From NCBI RefSeq assembly GCF_009834535.1, contig NC_045696.1, positions 15,440,001-15,504,000 on the forward strand: DNA of 64,000 nucleotides, given 5' to 3'. This DNA comes from Camelus ferus (taxonomy: Eukaryota). A model generated the notes under the pieces. It worked only from the letters and a program-made list of their open reading frames with translations. It was not told the origin of the DNA and made no database searches. Position numbers and translations under genes: made by a program. Below, in pieces: positions 51,186 through 64,000 of this stretch (position 1 is its first letter; the number at the start of each line of letters is the position of its first letter).

Positions 51186-53099
51186 ATGAACTAGATTCAA
51201 ATACTAAGTAGACACATCCAAGCAAGTCAGGAAGTACACGATGACAAACAGAATGAGATCTAGATTTCCTTTCTTCTAAAAAGTCCCCAGGCCTCAATTA
51301 TATTCCCTCTGTCAGTTTTTGGTCCCACTTTATGGCCTTTCATTTAATTTTTTAAAATTTAATTTATCTATATCTTTCTTATTACCTTTTCAAAAAGTCC
51401 TAAAGTATTTGCTTTTGAACTAAGATAAATAACTTAATAATAGGAAAATTAGAGGGAAAAAAGCAACCAGACAAAGAAATAATGACTTCAAAGAAAAAAC
51501 ACCTTGAAAGCAGTCACATCTCCATCCCGCATCTTGGCTCAACCTGCAATCATTTATTGTTAACGTCACTGAATTTTGTCCTAAGGATATGAGACGACTT
51601 AAGAAGATGATCAGAATATTACATCCTTCCTTGATAATGCCAATGCTTAACATGTTCTAAATACCTCAAGATACTTCTAAAGCCTCAAGTTACTAGATCA
51701 ATGATAATTTCTTACACATAAAATAGCACTGTGTATATTTTTGGAAATGCTGTCAAATACTGCATCATATTTCACCCAACTGACCCAAGATAAGTGTTGA
51801 TTCAATGCTTAGTTAATTAGATAAAAATACATTGAAATCATGTAAGAAGCTCTGCTGTGTGCTACAGACCTGGGAAATGAGAGTTCAATCTAAATGTTAG
51901 ATTGGAGAAAGCACTTGGTTTGTACGCAGTCAGATCAGAGCTAAGGACCAAACTTGTTGGAAAAGTTGACACACCAGAACAGCTGGAGTTAGTTTATTTA
52001 CCTGTGGAGGAAAACACATACACAGAGCAGTGGAACAGAGGCTGGTGATGACAAAACTAATTAGAAAATATGTGGTCACCTTCCCTATTGCATTTTTATA
52101 AGAAGAGATCAGTAATTCATGATGAGGAGTCAAATCACCTTTCATCCACTGATTCAAAGGGATCAAGTCCTTACTCATGTCTTCACAACACTTCACATTT
52201 CCATGACACTTCAGCATGCTGTTCCACTGCAATCATGGCACCATCCCACCCTCTCTCTTGGCTTTCCCTCACACCACAAGCACTGATCAAAACTAACACC
52301 TCTTCGAGCTTCAGGGACTCAGCAGGTACACAGGACTTCGGGTCCTCACTGGTAAACCTGGAATTTCCCAGCCATAAAGCCCTGTGCTGCCTTTGCGATG
52401 TGCTGATCTGACTTGGAGCAAGAGCAGATAGATGGGACAGAAGGAGTGAGAGCAGATAAGGAGATCAAAGTGAGACTGAGAAAAGTGAGAAGCATTGAGT
52501 AGACACAACTCTGAATCAAAAGGGGACGCTTTAAAGTTCTGTTTGAGAGCAGAACACTGCTTAAAGCTTCCAAAGAGTTGTCCCTTTTGTGTTACTTACC
52601 TGCATGGCAAAATATTCAAGGACAGAGAGCAAAGAAGTTGAGCTGCAATACAGGACTTTTGTTGTTGCTAATGTTTTAATTTTTTTCTTGTCTTTTTATT
52701 TGTGTTGGAATTTGATGCAAGAATATTATTCTAGTATGTAAAATAAGATAGGAGGAATGAAAAACTTCCAGCAGTACTAACTCATTCTAAAGACTATGAA
52801 TTTTATTCTTAAAACTGTAAATGAAAAACTGAAACAAACAAAGCACATTTATCTGTTTCGTGGCTGCTTTTGGACATTTGTTTGCTAAAGGGTTTTATTC
52901 TTTATTTATCATCAAAACTTAGGCCATATTATGATTCTGACAGTCAGAGACATCTAAGGATTCCCAAAATAAAATTCTGCTACTAATTCCACTTAAGACC
53001 AGCATATATGAGGAACATGTAGATTCTGGAAGTAAACTGTCCCAGATTATTGTTTTGTCACAGATTTAAATTTCAAAATACAGATTAAAAATTGAACAA

Positions 53100-54320
53100 A
53101 GGACTGTCACGTCTGCCTGTGACACAGTCATTGGAACTGGACTTGCCTTCTCAGTATAAACAATGAAAAAACTGAAAAAACATGCAAAACTACTATTTTT
53201 GGGCATTGGACAACTGACAATCCAGGACTATAGTACCTGAGAGAATATTTTTAAAAATGAGGTGAGCTACATGATCACTGCAACTTTTTTCCTGAAAGCA
53301 TTTTCTAAATTTCAAAGCAGGGAAGAGGAGCATGTTAGTCCTGCTGAGTTGATGGAACAGAGATTAATGTTCAAAGAGCCTGAGAAACCTGGATTTGCAG
53401 GGCAAGTACATATCTTGTGAGATGAGAAAGCTCCCAGAGAAATAGCTCCAGGAGACAGCATGGGCTTCTTGAGATTTGGGCTGAATACCAAGCCATACAT
53501 GAAGGGTAAAACTAAGCAATGCATAGGGTAAAATACCTATAGGGCTGGGCAAAAATAATAAGCTACTAGGGAGCTGTAAACTGAATAAATCCAAAATTCA
53601 CTCAGGGATGGGAGACTATTGTGTGTTGACTACGCAAACTGGAGAAACCTTGCTGAACACATGAGGCATCCAAAAGAGACTTCAGAAGGTGTCTTCATTG
53701 TCAGGCTACTCTATGTCCTCTAAAAAAGCTGAAAGATATGTTCAAGATAATCCATAAACAATTAAGCTTCCTGCCAAACTGTATTTCAATACTCTTTAAA
53801 GGAACACAGCAAAATTAGCACAATGTTCACAATGCCTATAATCATATAAGGATTTACTGAACATGGAAAGAAGCAGGAAAATGTAGCTCAGAGTCAGGAG
53901 AAATGCTTGTTAATAGCAATAAACTGAGAAATGACAAAGATGATGCAGTTAGCAGACAAATACTTTTAAACAATATTATAAATATGCTTAAGGATTTAAA
54001 TGAAAACAAAAACCTATTGAGAAGAGAAATTGATGATTTGAAGAAAAACAAGCATAATTTATAGGACTGACAAACAATATCTGAGAGGAAAATTTAACTG
54101 GATGAACTTAGTAGCAGATTAGAGATAGGGCAATAAAGGATTAACAAACTTGAAGACATAGCAACAGAAATGGAAACTAAAGTATTCAGGGTGAAAATGA
54201 ATGAAAAGTAAATAAACAGAACCTCTGTTACCTATGGAACAACTGGACTTCCAGAAAAATAGGAAGAAAAGGCAGATTGAAGGGGAAAAAAAAAAAGAAT
54301 GGCCAAAATTTCTTCAAAAT
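53100..54320 (+). mobile_element. Ancient L1M 5' UTR/ORF1 remnant
   Basis: A-rich ORF1-like text (tataaatatgcttaaggatttaaa...ctggatgaacttagtagcagattaga...aacttgaagacatagcaacagaaa). No intact ORF. Confidence 0.7.
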
Positions 54321-54324
54321 GTCT

Positions 54325-54640
54325 TTAAAACCACTTTATAGAGATATGATTGACCAACAAAATATAGTACATTTTTAATGTATCCAACCTGATGAGTTTG
54401 AAGCTAAAGGCACACCCATGAAACCATCACCGCAATCAATGCCATAAACACATCCATCACCTCAAAGGTTCCTCCCACTCTTTTTACTTATTACTATTAT
54501 TTTTTGTGATAAGAACACAAAATAAGATTTATCATCTTAGCACATTTTTAAGTATACAATACAGTATTGTTAACTATAGTCCCAATGCAGTACACAGATC
54601 TCTAGGACTTGTAAGTGAAACTTTGTACTCTTTGGCTAGT
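54325..54640 (-). mobile_element. L1MA/MB-like 3' end
   Basis: ctttatagagatatgattgac...catgaaaccatcacc...tacaatacagtattgttaactatagtc...cagatctctaggactt. Confidence 0.8.
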
Positions 54641-56647
54641 ACTTATATAAATCCACAGATCCAGGAAATTCCTGGATTATGGCCAAGGCTTATCAGATCA
54701 GAAGAATCCGCCACTTCAAATTTGTAGCTTGTGACATATAGATACAGAGACCATAGGAAATTGGTTCTAATGCCAGCAGCAGCCACATCCATTGTCCAGG
54801 GCACCAGTAGCCTACAGTGGCCTCCAGGAATTAAAGTGAAGGTTGTGTAATCTGAGACACCAAATTATACAGTGGTGGCAGTTGCAGCGTCCTTGCTGGA
54901 CAGGATCTGTGGCTTTCTCATTGTTTGTGCAGTTCTGGCTACCTTCCAGCCTCCTTTGTTCATGACAATTTCCTGAGTCTCATTCTCACTTTTTCTGGGA
55001 ATTCTGTGAGTTACCCAACATCCATTCAATATTCTTTCCTTGAAATGGTTTCTGCTAGTCTTTGTCTTTTGCTACTAAGAACTCTAATACAAATTGCATC
55101 AACCATGTATACAGTGACAATCTCTAGCTTTGACCCATCTACAGACACAGAACCACCCCTGCCTTGAAATCTCCCTTGGATAAAATTAAATAGCTATAAA
55201 ATAGAATTCTTGATCTCCTTCTCCCCCAGGAAGTGGTAATTGGCCAACAAAGGCAACATATTTTCTCTCTACAGTGCATCAGTTAGCAGCAACCAAACAA
55301 ATCCATCTTTCTTATAATTATCGTAACTATCCAATTCTTTAGATATCGTACAATCCAGTGACTCCCCTTTCCCTTGTATCCCTTCCCAACTCACAACAGG
55401 TAAAAGTATCGACAAATGTTAACATGACAGCAAGCCAGAGGTTATTACCCCTTCACTTACAGCAAACAACAGGATCTCTGTTGCCATCTGGCCATCGCAT
55501 GATCCAATTCCAGAATCTCATCCTGAGAGTCAGCATCCCAGAACCAATTCCAGCACCTAAGATGACTGACAAAGGGTTGAACTTCCCAGAAGCAAACAGA
55601 GATGAGGAATTTTCAGAAAGTGACGTATTTGAAATATTTCTAGGACATGCGTAAAGGAGTGACGACATGGGACCAGAAAAGGAAGGAGGACAAGGAACGA
55701 GGACAAAAGCCCCACAGAGTGTGACCTAAATTCAATAACTCAAAGGCACTCTGTGTTCCATGTAGTCTCACTGAAGAGTTGTCCCGATTAGGGGCTGGAG
55801 TATTTATATTCACCCACGTACCAGTCATTGGCTAAGAGCTTTCTCATGGAGAACTAAATTCTCAGGCATTTCCCCTCTCTGTGCTTGCAGGCAAAACAGG
55901 TTCCAGAAGCCTGGCAAAAGCATAAGTGTTGATTTTGTGCCTCTCCCACCAGCCTGTGGGTCCCATGAGGTCAGAAGCCATGCCACACTCTACAGTGCTG
56001 TGCGCAGTACCTAGAATGGTGTAAGATGGTAACGGTGCTTTTGCATCCAGTCACAACTATGCTGGGTCCCGAGAATCAGGGAGTGGAATTGGGAAGACAT
56101 TACTTAGGAAGCAGTACCTTGAGGAAACCATGGGAAGTAATGTAAATCAGGATCAACAAACGCTTCTTGAGTGTAACAAGGAGAGAAAGGAGGTTTAAGG
56201 CCAAGTTCAGAACTCTAGAGGAGACAATATACTAGTTAGACTGAAGCTGACTAAAGTAAGAGATCTTGGAGACATCACTCAATCAAACAGATAAGCAAAA
56301 CAAACAAACAAACAAACAAAAAAAACTTTTTAATGCCATGCATACCATTGTTGGTATGGGTTATCCTGGAGAATTCAAGAAAGCCAAGGAAGAAAGACAC
56401 TGGACAACATTTGGTGACTTTGACTGTTTGATAATAGTGAACTTGTTCTCAGGAAAAAAAAAAAAAAACTCTCCAAAAAGCTGGGAAATTACATGGAAGA
56501 ATCAGAGTCATTTCTTCTTAAACCAGCTATAAATCAATTCATGAAAAACAGGTATATAACCATCCCTCTGTGGGAAAGAAAACGAGGAGAGATTGTGCAT
56601 TGAGGAAACTTAGAGATCTCTGAGCGGCTAACGAGTACAAAGCACAA

Positions 56648-56968
56648 CCAGGCTGCCCAACAGAAATAGAATGGAAGCCATATATGTAATTTTAAATGTT
56701 TTGGTAGTCACAATGACAAAAAAAAATATAAAGCAACAGGTAAAATTATTAATAATGTGCTTTATTTAACCCAATATATTCAAAATATTACCGCCTTAAC
56801 ACATGATTGATCTAATAGTAGTAATGAGATATTTTATGTTCAAGTTGTAAAATTAAAGGAGTTAAAATTAAATTAAGTTGAAAATTCAGTTTCTCTGCCT
56901 CACTAGCTACATTTCAGGTGCTCAATGGTCACAGAAGGCTGATGACTATTATATTGGACAATGCAGTG
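56648..56968 (-). mobile_element. MER33/MER3-like hAT-Charlie element
   Basis: Termini gctgcccaacagaaata... and ...tattggacaatgcag. Internal tttatttaacccaatatattcaaaatatt and ctagctacatttcaggtgctcaat. Confidence 0.8.
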
Positions 56969-58547
56969 CTAGAACTAAAGAATAATGACAATGTGAGACT
57001 TTCTGAAAAGTACTCAGAATTTAATGAATATTTATATCTAATGCTTATAGTCGATAAAATTCTTAATCCTCTTTCCAAAGGGCAAACTGTTAAAAATTTA
57101 TTTCTTGGAAGCCTCCGAATAGCAGATCATCAGCGAGGCTTCTGCAGAAGCCAAAACAACCATCCCTTACTGAAGAGCGTGTTCTGAGTTAAGCTGCTTT
57201 TACTTTGAATTTTGGCCTTTCTGGAATGTTCCATAACTTCAACCTGATCTTGCCATTCAGTTTCCAGGTGTGCTGCCACATAGCAATGATATTCTCACTG
57301 TGGTATAAATAGCTGATGCACCCATAAGAAAAATTTAAAGAGTTCTAAACAGCTTTGATATGTATATCCGAGTGAAAAATCTGGTGTAAACTTCTCAGAC
57401 TCCAAACAAGTGCCCTGGGTATTATCCAGCCCAAATCAAGACACAGCCACACAGGAAACATAAATTCTAAAAATAAAGCAAGATTTTAAAATTTTCTTAT
57501 GTAACTTATTATAATTCCTTCTCCACCCATTCTCCCTTGGGGGGAGAAAAAAAAAAAGAGAGAGAGAGAGAGTCATACAAAGTCAACTTATTGTATGTGG
57601 GAATAAAGCTGGATCTGACAACTTTTTTATTGGAAATTTATTCTTCTATTATAAGATCAATTCAATAAAAATCAACTACTACTATCCGTGAAAAAATTAC
57701 CAGGAAATATAATCTTGAATGCAACAAAATTTTGGAGGCATTTCTCAGGGAATAAAACTTTTGATTTTAATATATTCCAAAATGGCTTCACATCTAGCAA
57801 CTTTCATTTTGAACCTCTCCTGAAATAATCCCCCAGTGCACAGAGAGCCACACACTTTTGTTTGCCAATAATAGTCTGAATTAATTTAGTTCAAAGAATT
57901 TCTCCACGTTATCACACGTTTCATCACCTTCAATTAATGACAGCCTGAAAGGTAGGTAGAGATGACTAAGAAAATGCTAAAAGAAATCCTCATAAAAATT
58001 TGACCAAGAAGAATTGCCAGGTTTTCATCATCAGCATGCCAGTCTACATCCCATCAGAAGGTATCCTGATTGCCATTTAGGGGACAGTATCCCCCATATC
58101 GCATCCCCTTTCCCAGACTGTAATAAGGATTTACACAACAAATAAGGATCTATCTTGGATTCTATTTGATCTCTGCCTATGGACTCTTCCCATCTGTAAT
58201 ACAAAGAAGCTAGCACGGACTTGTTAACTCCGCTGTAACTGTACTCCACGTGAAATGGGTTGGAGAAGCAGCGTTATTAAAATCAAAGTTTTCCTCTTAG
58301 ATGGCTTGGTAATATCAAGACATATGCAAACTCTTATACTCCCTCCAGACCATCAAATGAAAAACCAACTTATAAAGGGAAATTTCCAGATTTTTCTGCA
58401 TCAACTCATACGTATAGCTCTGCAGAATACCACTTGTTCGCAACTTATGGATGGTAGCTGATTCTATAGTTTAGAGCTGGCATTCAAATCCAGGCAGTCT
58501 GGCTTACATCCTTGACCACATCCCTGACAACAATAGTAACATAGATA

Positions 58548-58688
58548 CAGTTGACCCTCAATATCCGTGGATTCGGAACCATGGATATGAAGAGCTGTCC
58601 ATTGTATAAAAAAGATCTGAGCATCCATGGGTTTTGGTATCTGCAGGGATCCTAGAACCAGTCCCCCACAGACACCTTCAAACGACTG
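58548..58688 (-). mobile_element. Internally deleted MER2-like Tigger (TcMar) MITE
   Basis: CAGTTG...CGACTG termini with TA on both sides. tgagcatccatgggttttggtatctgcaggg..ctagaaccagtccccca. Confidence 0.8.
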
Positions 58689-60162
58689 TATTCATGTTTG
58701 GAATGGGGTTAAGAGATTAAGAGATTATCTAGTCCAACTCACAAATTGATGTCTAATGTGCTCAGTATCACCCCTGACAGTGTATTAATTCTCCTAACAG
58801 TAAGGACAGGAAAACACTTCTGAAGCAGAAGGAATATGTTGGGCCTTATTTCTGTGTGACAAATTAAAACAGTTTCAATTTACTCCTTAGGCAGCTCTGC
58901 TAAACGATTTCCAAATTCTGAAGAATTACTCCTTCCCATCTACTATTTCATAATCATCTTTTCTGCATAGAAAATGAAGAAAAAAAAAACCTCACACTCA
59001 TAAGAAGTAAAATAATAAGTGTAAATAAATGAACTATAAGTTATTATTTTCGAGGACCTCTCTCTAGCTTGGGAGAAGAAAAGAAAAACTGAAAAGTTCT
59101 GGAGTAAATTATAACATCAACTGTCTAGATTTATTAAACCAATCTATAACATGTCTAGTGTAATTTCTCACAGAAAATGCTAATTAAGTTTTCAAAAAGG
59201 ACTTTTCGCCCATCATTCTATTGTTTCATCTCTATTTCATCCTGCAAAAGAATGTGCGCTTTCTTCAAGAAGAAGTTCATCTTTGCTTGCCACAAAGGAG
59301 AAATTTTAGAATCTTTTATAATTTTCCTAGAAATGAAAGGAAATAGAGACATCATCAAAATTGTGGTTTCAAATATAGACCAACTTAAAAGTCTTACACA
59401 ATTTTCAGAATCAATCATAAAACCAGCTCTTTTAATTTATTTTCTCAGAAGGGATGGGGTAGAGAAACTTCATGGTGATCTCTAAGCAAAACTTCTTCCC
59501 ACAATCACCTAAACATCCTTCACAGTGATTTGACTTTGCAGCACCAGGACTGTCTGGCAGAGCAAAGCCCCAGCTGGCACAGCTATCTCCTGAGCTCTGG
59601 AGTGAGATTAGAGACGGAAGAAACATCAACATCTACCAAGGCCAGTGGAAATAAATTTAAACTCTCTTCTACCACCAAACAAACAACCACAGCCACATCT
59701 TAAAAGCCACCCTCAGGATGACTGATTCGAATTCCACAGCCTGAAGTGGCTTCTTCCATATCTTAGTCCTGTAATTAGTGGCGGGTGTTCCCTCCGGACA
59801 CTCAAGAGTTAGAGATTTGCTTTGAATGTCATTCTAAAGTTTATCCAAACAAAATTGGATTTTTCTTCTGTGTGTGTTCCTCCTTTTTCTTTCCCACTCC
59901 AATCCCTTCCCCTTTGCCTATTCACTCTTCTCCTGCAAAATCTGTGTAATATTTCCTTCCAAGTCTAGAATTTCCTATTGTGTCTCATTAGTTTAGTGCT
60001 TATGTGCTACTATTTTTAGATTTTTCATTTTACTTTCTAGAAGCTAAATAACAGATTAAACCCTTTGTCAAAGAGAGAAGCTAAATTGAAAAAGATCAAA
60101 ATTCCTTTTAGCCAGAAAATGAATTTCTCATGCCTATACTTCATAAAGCTTCATTTTTGTTT

Positions 60163-60481
60163 TATATGGAATCTAAAAAAAAAAGCAAAAGAAAAAACAG
60201 TCATGAACAAACTTATTTACAAAACAGACACAGACTCATAGACATAGAAAACAAACCTATGATTACCAGGGGGAAAGTGGGTGGGAGGGATAAATTGGGA
60301 GTTTGGGATTTGTAGATACTAACTACTATATATAAGGTAGCTAAACAACAAAGTCCTGCTGTATAGCACAGGGAACTATGTTCAATACCTTGTAATGGCC
60401 TATATGTATGTGTACATGAATCACTATGTTGTATACCAGAAATTAACACAACATTGTAAATCAGCTATGCTTCAATAAAAA
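60163..60481 (+). mobile_element. L1 3' end
   Basis: Same family as 43780-44136 (acttatttacaaaacaga...gtatagcacagggaactat...cttcaataaaa). Confidence 0.9.
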
Positions 60482-61194
60482 TGATTTTTTTCTAAACGGA
60501 AAAAAGCAATAAAAGTGCCAATCAGCTTGAAGTGGACATTTATAATTATTTGTCTTGCTAGCATCATTTTTCTTTTCCTAAGGGCACCATGATTTCCAAA
60601 TGTTGAGAAATTACCCCTTCCCTTGTTGTGAGACTATAATTAGGGTCCCAATCTTCTCCTGGTCAAGCAGTGAGATGTTACTCAAGATGGCCAATAATTC
60701 TGGAATTGGAATGTTAAGCAGACAAAGGGACTGAAAATTGTGGCTTATCCTATGGTTCTTGTTCCGTTCTCTGCATCTACTTTTCTACCTGTTTATTTCC
60801 AACCCTGTTTCTCCAGACTCTGTGTCAAGCCTGAGAACTTCCAATAACACACCACAATTTTCTTGGATTCGTGTTAGGCAAAGGCAGTTTCTATTACATG
60901 CAATCAGAGAATCCCAACTGATATTCAGGTGAGCCCCGTCAGTCATTCTTAGATGAATATCACCACATGCTACTTTGGATTCACTGAATTGTCATCAATC
61001 AATGAAAGTATTAGATCACATTTGTGTGATCAATACTGTTCTTGATGCTGGGAAAATTATAAGGAAAAAGAAGAAAGACCCTGACTTACTTGCAGTGAGT
61101 TTATTCTATAGTTAAGATTAATCCACATGCAACAGTTCCAGTTCCATACACACAAAGAACTCAGAAGGAATGCAGTCACTGTCCAAGCAATGAC

Positions 61195-62080
61195 TTCTCT
61201 TGTCACCCACCTCGTTCCCCAAGCCTGAACCTGTAATTCATCCTCAACATCCCCCTCTTCCTTCCCCCACGTATCTAATTAGTCACACTTCATTCATTGA
61301 GAAAATATTTACTAGCAAACCACGTTGATTGTGTTTATGTTCTATCATCTCTTACTTCTTGCCATCACCAAAGCCTCTGTCTTAATTCAGCCCCTCACAC
61401 TACAGCAACTTACTAACTGGCCCCTGCCTCTGTCTTTGTTCTTGCTCTTCACTGTTCTGTAAGAAGACACAATTATCTTCCTAAGGTGCAAATCTGACCG
61501 TATTGCTCTCCTTCTGAAACTTTTGGCAACATGTTAGGAAGAATTCCAAATGTCTCAGTATGGTATTCACAGCCCTGCAAGGGAGCTGAAAACTCTTCCG
61601 GAACAAAGCCAACTAAAACTAAACAAACAATTGAAAAGGCAAGGTCTAAGGTCTATCATGATCTGGCTCTGGCTTATCTCTTCAGATTCATCTCTCACCA
61701 CCCTGTGCTGCAGGTGCTGGGCACCTTACAGGTGCTCGCGACACCAGCATCTCATCTCCTGGCCTGGGCACCAGCTGCTCCTCAAATGCCTTTCTTGCTC
61801 CCTGCCCTCATTTCACCCGACAAACTCCTGCTCCCCCACCTCCGGGCCAAGGGGTGCCGCTCCTCTTTCACATTAGCACAGTAGTCACTCTGTGCATCCC
61901 TCTTACACAAAAATAAATCACTCTATAATATCATGTTCTATTCCTTTGTACGCCCTCCCTTCTAAAGGCAGGTTCTGTTCCCTGCGTTTGAAAATCTATC
62001 CGATTCGTCTTTGTCTTACCCACACCTAGGAGGACACCTAGCACATGAAAACATTCAATAAATGTTTTATTGACCGAATA
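61195..62080 (+). mobile_element. L2 LINE fragments
   Basis: Degenerate L2 text ending cctagcacatgaaaacattcaataaatgttttattga. Confidence 0.6.
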
Positions 62081-62492
62081 CACATAAAATATTTTCAGAA
62101 GTAATGCATACAGTATTTTTATTTTTTAGACTTTTTTCCCTTTTTCATTTTTTATCAGTTAGATTATTATAGTTCGAACTGCACATACACATTATATTGC
62201 ATGTAAATACATATATACAGTATACCGCACCTTTTTTTTAGTTTGCATATATGTACTGATTATTGTTTCTAAGAACAGATTAGAGCTTTAACTTTTTAAA
62301 CTTACATAGTTATCAAAGGAATAAAGCAAACAGTATTTTTTAGATGGACCCCCATAACAGAGAAGACCTGGGTGGAATCTATTTTAAGGCAATCTATTTG
62401 TAAACACAGGAACCATCTTTCTACCAAGACATTGTAGGGTTTCAGGACTCTCTAAAGATGCCAGCCCTGAGACTGTCAATGGACATTTAGGG

Positions 62493-63003
62493 ACCTAAAC
62501 TGACAGATGAATGGATAAAGAAGATGTGGCATATATACACAATAGAATACTACTCAGCCATAAAAAAGAATAAAATAATGCCATTTGCAGCAACCTGGAT
62601 GGACCTAGACATTATCATAATAAGTGAAGTAAGACAGAGACAGACAAATATCATATGATATCACTTACATGTGGAAGCAAAAAAAAATGAGACAAATGAA
62701 CTTATTTACAAAACAGAAAGAGACACACAGACATAGAAAACAAACTTATAGTCACCAAAGGGGAAAGGGGAGAGAGGTAAATTAGGAGTTCAAGATTTGC
62801 AGATACTAACTACTATACATAAAATAGATAAACAGCAAGGTCCTACTGCATAGCACAGGGAACTATATTCAATAACTTGTAATAGCTTATAATGAAAAAA
62901 AATTTAAAAAAGAATATATATATACATGTAACTGAAGCACTATGCTGTATACCAGAAACTAATAACACAACATCATAACTCAACTGTATACTTCAATTTA
63001 AAA
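62493..63003 (+). mobile_element. L1 3' end
   Basis: gacagatgaatggataaagaagatgtgg...gccatttgcagcaacctggatggacct...tacttcaatttaaaa, close to the 43.6-44.1 kb copy. Confidence 0.95.
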
Positions 63004-64000
63004 GACCATTTGTAGATGGGTCTAGGGAACACTTCTTTACTCCTGGTGTTTTCTTCTCTGTGCAGTGTTCCACTGTCGTCATACTCCCAGCTTCCCTCGC
63101 CCTCTCATTCCCACATGGCTTACCTAACTGGGAGCAGCTGATCTAACGGGTAAGTTTGGACAGAAGACCCAGGCAGGTGGAGCCAGTATCTTCCTTCCCT
63201 TTCTTCTCTTGAGAAACAGCTGCCCACATGTTCTGCTCTTCTTCTCTGTGGGCCAGCTCTGTTCTCACGGGAAGAACCTGCCCAGTCAAGCCTTCCTGTG
63301 ACGAGGTATGTGAGGCTGCGTCAATCTGAGGCTCAGCGTTCGGAAGCCCACGTTCTCCCAGATACAAAACACATTCTCTAATTTCAGTTTTAACTGTAAT
63401 AAGAATGATTTTTTTTTGTTCTCCATATGTTGACTCATTCATTGTATTTCTTAATTAATGAAGAATCTGAGTAGGTAGGTGGGGAAACAGTTACTGCATC
63501 CCCCAGTTGGTAGCACATTGTTTTATAGTATTTATTTAAATATGCTTGCCATCAATAGTTACAATAGGTTTTTTTTAAGTGTTACTATACTAAAAACTAC
63601 TACTTTAGTATTCAGTGATATAAATACATTTTTATCAGTTATTAGAATGTGCAACTACTGCTGATTTTTTCGTAGAAAATTTTATTAACAATTTGAAATA
63701 AATGTGTCAGTATATGTGCATTATATTCTTAATCTTCTTGTGCCACGGCTTGATTGTTTACACAGTGGCAAAGCAACAACAAAAACAAACAAAAAAATAA
63801 AAATCAGCTCCAGTATATCTTCTACTAGCCTTTTCTATAACTCATAGACATGCAGTAATGTATACATTTGGATTCAGATAAGATCATCCGTTCATTCAAA
63901 GTTTATTGCAGGAGGATGACTCCAAAGACAATCAAATGAGTCTACAAAAGCCAACATCTTGTCTTCTGATAACAAAAAGAGACACTAGTCTTAAAAGCGG

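Noticed and set aside
54660..55920. Further old LTR (MLT1/ERVL-like) fragments
   Set aside because: Suggestive motifs, but too degraded to assign bounds or family by eye.
35400..64000. Additional protein-coding gene (e.g. ADAMTS1) downstream
   Set aside because: No CpG island, recognisable exon or domain-bearing ORF. The region is dominated by old repeats.

Overview
Mammalian genomic DNA, most likely camelid (alpaca/camel). That call is inferred from two tRNA-derived Vic-1-like SINEs and from seeing no Alu, Bov-A, PRE-1 or CAN SINEs. The + strand carries the 3' part of ADAMTS5 (aggrecanase-2): most of intron 2, coding exons 3-8 (168, 284, 184, 176, 176 and 568 coding bp, all with GT-AG boundaries and compatible phases) and a long 3' UTR of roughly 5-6 kb. 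About 28 kb of repeat-rich intergenic DNA follows. Apart from the ORFs overlapping these exons, the short ORFs in the track look like chance ORFs. The most interesting observation is an antisense ERV1-like solo LTR inserted only 10 bp upstream of exon 4. It splits the ancestral 3' splice region, appears to supply the branch point, and adds competing cryptic acceptors. A second copy of the same LTR family lies in intron 6. A three-layer nested insertion (MER20 > L1 > LTR) whose order can be read from its target-site duplications (TSDs) lies at 43-44.8 kb. Repeat family names come from recognition by eye, not a database search. I see no evidence for a wholly new multi-gene system.
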